From: an uncultured Acidobacteriaceae bacterium
GTDB lineage: Bacteria; Acidobacteriota; Terriglobia; Terriglobales; Acidobacteriaceae
Assembly: GCA_963844905.1 (NCBI GenBank)
Contig: CAWJQD010000003.1
Location: 14,785 to 78,784 of the forward strand
Length of the DNA stretch: 64,000 nt
Direction: 5' to 3'
Part shown: positions 61,653 through 64,000 of the stretch, one piece after another
Numbering within the stretch: the first letter of the stretch is position 1
Layout: the number at the start of each line of letters is the position of its first letter
Program-made: the position numbers and the translations under genes
The notes under the pieces: generated by a model
What the model saw: only the letters and a program-made list of their open reading frames with translations
Databases searched by the model: none
What the model was told of the DNA's origin: nothing

Positions 61653-63827
61653 ATGATGCAAATACAGATTGACTGGATAAAGAAAAGGCTCTTCATCACA
61701 GGTGTCTCAATCGCCTTGAGCGCCGTTGCCGCCGGAGCCTGCGCTGCGCAGACGCAGAACGCGGGCACGAGCCTCGGTCCAGGCAATCCCTTTTACGCAC
61801 CCAGCACGCTGCCGTTTCAGGCGCCGCCATTCGACAAGATCAAGGACAACGACTACCAGCCAGCCATCGACGCGGGCATGGCGCAGCAGAGGATTGAGGT
61901 GGAGGCGATCGCAGACAATCCCGCACCGCCGACGTTCGATAACACGCTGGCGGCGCTGGAGCGCTCGGGGCAGTTGCTCGACCGCGCATGGAACGCATTC
62001 AACTGTGTGACCGCCGCGAATACCGACGACGCGCTCCAAAAGGTGCAGGAGTACGAAGCGCCGCGGAAGGCCGCGCAAGACGACGCGATATATCTGAATG
62101 CCAGGCTCTTCGCCCGGGTGAAGGCGATTTATGACAAGCGTGAGACGCTGCATCTCGATGCGGAGTCGCTGCGGCTGGTGGAACACGAATACCAGCAGTT
62201 TGTGAAGGCGGGCGCGAATTTGTCCGATGCGGACAAGGCAAAACTCAAGAAGATCGACGAAGAAGATTCGACGCTCGAAAACACGTTTATGATCAAGCTG
62301 CTTGCCGCCGCCGCGGCGGGCGCGTACTCGACGACAAACGCGAGTGCGCTGATGGGACTGAACGAGCAGCAAATGGCGGCGGCAGCGGAGGCCGCGAAGG
62401 AGCGCAAGCAGCAGGGTTGGCTGTTGCCGCTCGAGAACACCACGCAGCAGCGCGATCTGACCTATTTGACGGACCGCGCCACGCGGCAGGCGCTCTTCGA
62501 GGACTCGTGGAACCGCGCCGAGCGGGGCGACGCCAACGACACGCGCTCGACGATTGCAAGGCTGGCGCAGCTTCGCGCAGAGAAAGGCGCGCTGCTGGGC
62601 TTCCCGAACTATGCAGCGTGGACGCTGACCGACCAGATGGCCAAGACGCCGGAGGCGGTGAATCACTTTCTGGGCGCGCTGGTTCCGGCCTCGACGGCAA
62701 AGGTGGCCAGCGAAGCCAAAGACATTCAGGCGCTGATTGACGCCCAGCATGGAGGGTTCACGCTGGAACCATGGGACTGGGAGTTTTATTCAGAGCAGGT
62801 GCGCAAAGCCAGATACGATCTGGACGAAGCGCAAGAGAAGCCCTACTTCGAGCTGAACAATGTGCTCGAAAATGGCGTCTTCTATGCGGCGCACGAGCTC
62901 TACGGGCTGACCTTCAAGGAACGCAAGGACATTCCGGTGTGGCAGCCGGACGTGCGCGTGTTCGAGGTCTTTGATGCGGATGGCACGCCGCTGGCGCTGT
63001 GGTATTGCGACTATTTCAAGCGCGACAACAAGAACGGGGGAGCGTGGGAGGACTCGTTGGTGGACGAGTCAAAGCTGCTGGGCACGCTGCCCGCGGTCTA
63101 CAATGTGGCCAACTTCGAGAAGCCGGCGCCGGGGCAGCCGGCGCTGCTCAGTTTCGACGATGTGACGACGATGTTCCACGAATTCGGCCACGCGCTGCAC
63201 GCCATGTTCGCCAACACTGTGTATCCGAGCCTTTCGGGCACGAATGTGCCGCTCGATTTTGTCGAGTTCCCTTCGCAATTCAACGAGCACTGGGCCAGCT
63301 ATCCCGCAGTGCTTGCGCACTACGCGCGGAACTACAAGACCGGCGAACCCATGCCCGCAGAGCTGGCGGACAAAATCAGGAAGGCCGCGACGTTCAACCA
63401 GGGCTATGACCTGACGGAAATCCTTGCCGCAGCCCGCCTGGACATGGAGTGGCACATGCTGCAGGCGAGCGCACCGCTTGAGAATCCGGACACCTTCGAG
63501 ACCGAGGCACTGAAGCGGACGCACCTCTTGATCAGCTACGTGCCGCCGCGCTACCGCTCCAGCTACTTTTTGCATATTTGGAACGAGGGCTACCAGGCGG
63601 GCTACTACGCTTACCTGTGGAGCGAGATGCTGGACGACGATGCGTTCCAGTGGTTTGAGGATCACGGCGGAATAACGCGGGCCAATGGCGACCGCTTCAG
63701 GAAGATGGTGCTATCGCGCGGCAACACCGAGGACTTGCCGAAGATGTACGCGGCGTGGCTGGGCGGCGAGCCGAGCATCGAGCCGATGCTGAAGTTCCGG
63801 GGGCTGGAAGATGGGGGTGGGAAGTGA
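61653..63827 (+). CDS. dcp: Peptidyl-dipeptidase Dcp (M3A metallopeptidase) with signal peptide
   Basis: NPF...STLPFQAPPFDKI, KNGGAW, FHEFGHALH, DFVEFPSQ and GYYAYLWSE. Confidence 0.93.
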   Translation: MMQIQIDWIKKRLFITGVSIALSAVAAGACAAQTQNAGTSLGPGNPFYAPSTLPFQAPPFDKIKDNDYQPAIDAGMAQQRIEVEAIADNPAPPTFDNTLAALERSGQLLDRAWNAFNCVTAANTDDALQKVQEYEAPRKAAQDDAIYLNARLFARVKAIYDKRETLHLDAESLRLVEHEYQQFVKAGANLSDADKAKLKKIDEEDSTLENTFMIKLLAAAAAGAYSTTNASALMGLNEQQMAAAAEAAKERKQQGWLLPLENTTQQRDLTYLTDRATRQALFEDSWNRAERGDANDTRSTIARLAQLRAEKGALLGFPNYAAWTLTDQMAKTPEAVNHFLGALVPASTAKVASEAKDIQALIDAQHGGFTLEPWDWEFYSEQVRKARYDLDEAQEKPYFELNNVLENGVFYAAHELYGLTFKERKDIPVWQPDVRVFEVFDADGTPLALWYCDYFKRDNKNGGAWEDSLVDESKLLGTLPAVYNVANFEKPAPGQPALLSFDDVTTMFHEFGHALHAMFANTVYPSLSGTNVPLDFVEFPSQFNEHWASYPAVLAHYARNYKTGEPMPAELADKIRKAATFNQGYDLTEILAAARLDMEWHMLQASAPLENPDTFETEALKRTHLLISYVPPRYRSSYFLHIWNEGYQAGYYAYLWSEMLDDDAFQWFEDHGGITRANGDRFRKMVLSRGNTEDLPKMYAAWLGGEPSIEPMLKFRGLEDGGGK

Positions 63828-63881
63828 GCGGGTCAGATTGTTGCTGTGCGGACGAGATTCGTACCGTCACCGTTGGCACCA

Positions 63882-63990
63882 AAGAGCAACAGCAGGTCCC
63901 TATTCAACTTCGATCGCCGTCGCGATCTCCGCTCAGGGCAGGCTTTCGACTGCGTTTGGCGCAAGAAGCGCAAAGCTCCGCTCAGGATGA
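63882..63990 (-). repeat. GTCATCCTGAGC-type palindromic element (family B), intergenic copy
   Basis: Reverse complement tcatcctgagcgg...gtcgaaagcctgccctgagcggagatcgcga...gttgctctt matches 27616-27718. Confidence 0.85.
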
Positions 63991-64000
63991 GAAGTCATTC

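Overview
GC-rich bacterial chromosome segment. It is most likely Acidobacteriota (Acidobacteriaceae-like), inferred from the carboxypeptidase-domain TonB-dependent receptor, a TIGR03435-type fragment and the gene styles. The core backbone is ftsH (partial), tilS, ispD-ispF, gltX, glnS, DsbD-N/TlpA, a KpsF/GutQ isomerase, proS, a class A PBP, OsmC, nei-lhr, YihY, queG, STAS, ppdK, a ClC transporter, TonB, DedA, DUF6580, a YdjM-like hydrolase and dcp. Two accessory zones interrupt it. (1) At 6.6-14.2 kb around glnS, single cargo genes (DUF2971, a heptad-repeat protein, DUF1579, an ICMT-family methyltransferase, YodC/DUF2158, a HEPN-motif protein, vapBC) alternate with two decayed copies of the glnS 5' end, one decayed copy of its 3' end and REP-like palindromes. 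This looks like an ordered record of repeated gene capture at the glnS termini. (2) At about 37.3-57.2 kb a decaying island carries a TonB receptor, Tat-exported GH31 and GH38 enzymes and several pseudogenes, and is punctuated by three same-orientation copies of an unexplained ~56-90 bp repeat. Other notable signals are REP-like and short tandem repeat elements inserted in frame into lhr, queG and a hydrolase gene, and a ~135 nt rod-shaped candidate ncRNA between ppdK and the ClC gene. I found no tRNA, rRNA, CRISPR array, integrase or intact transposase. All family assignments come from motif recognition by eye, not from database searches.
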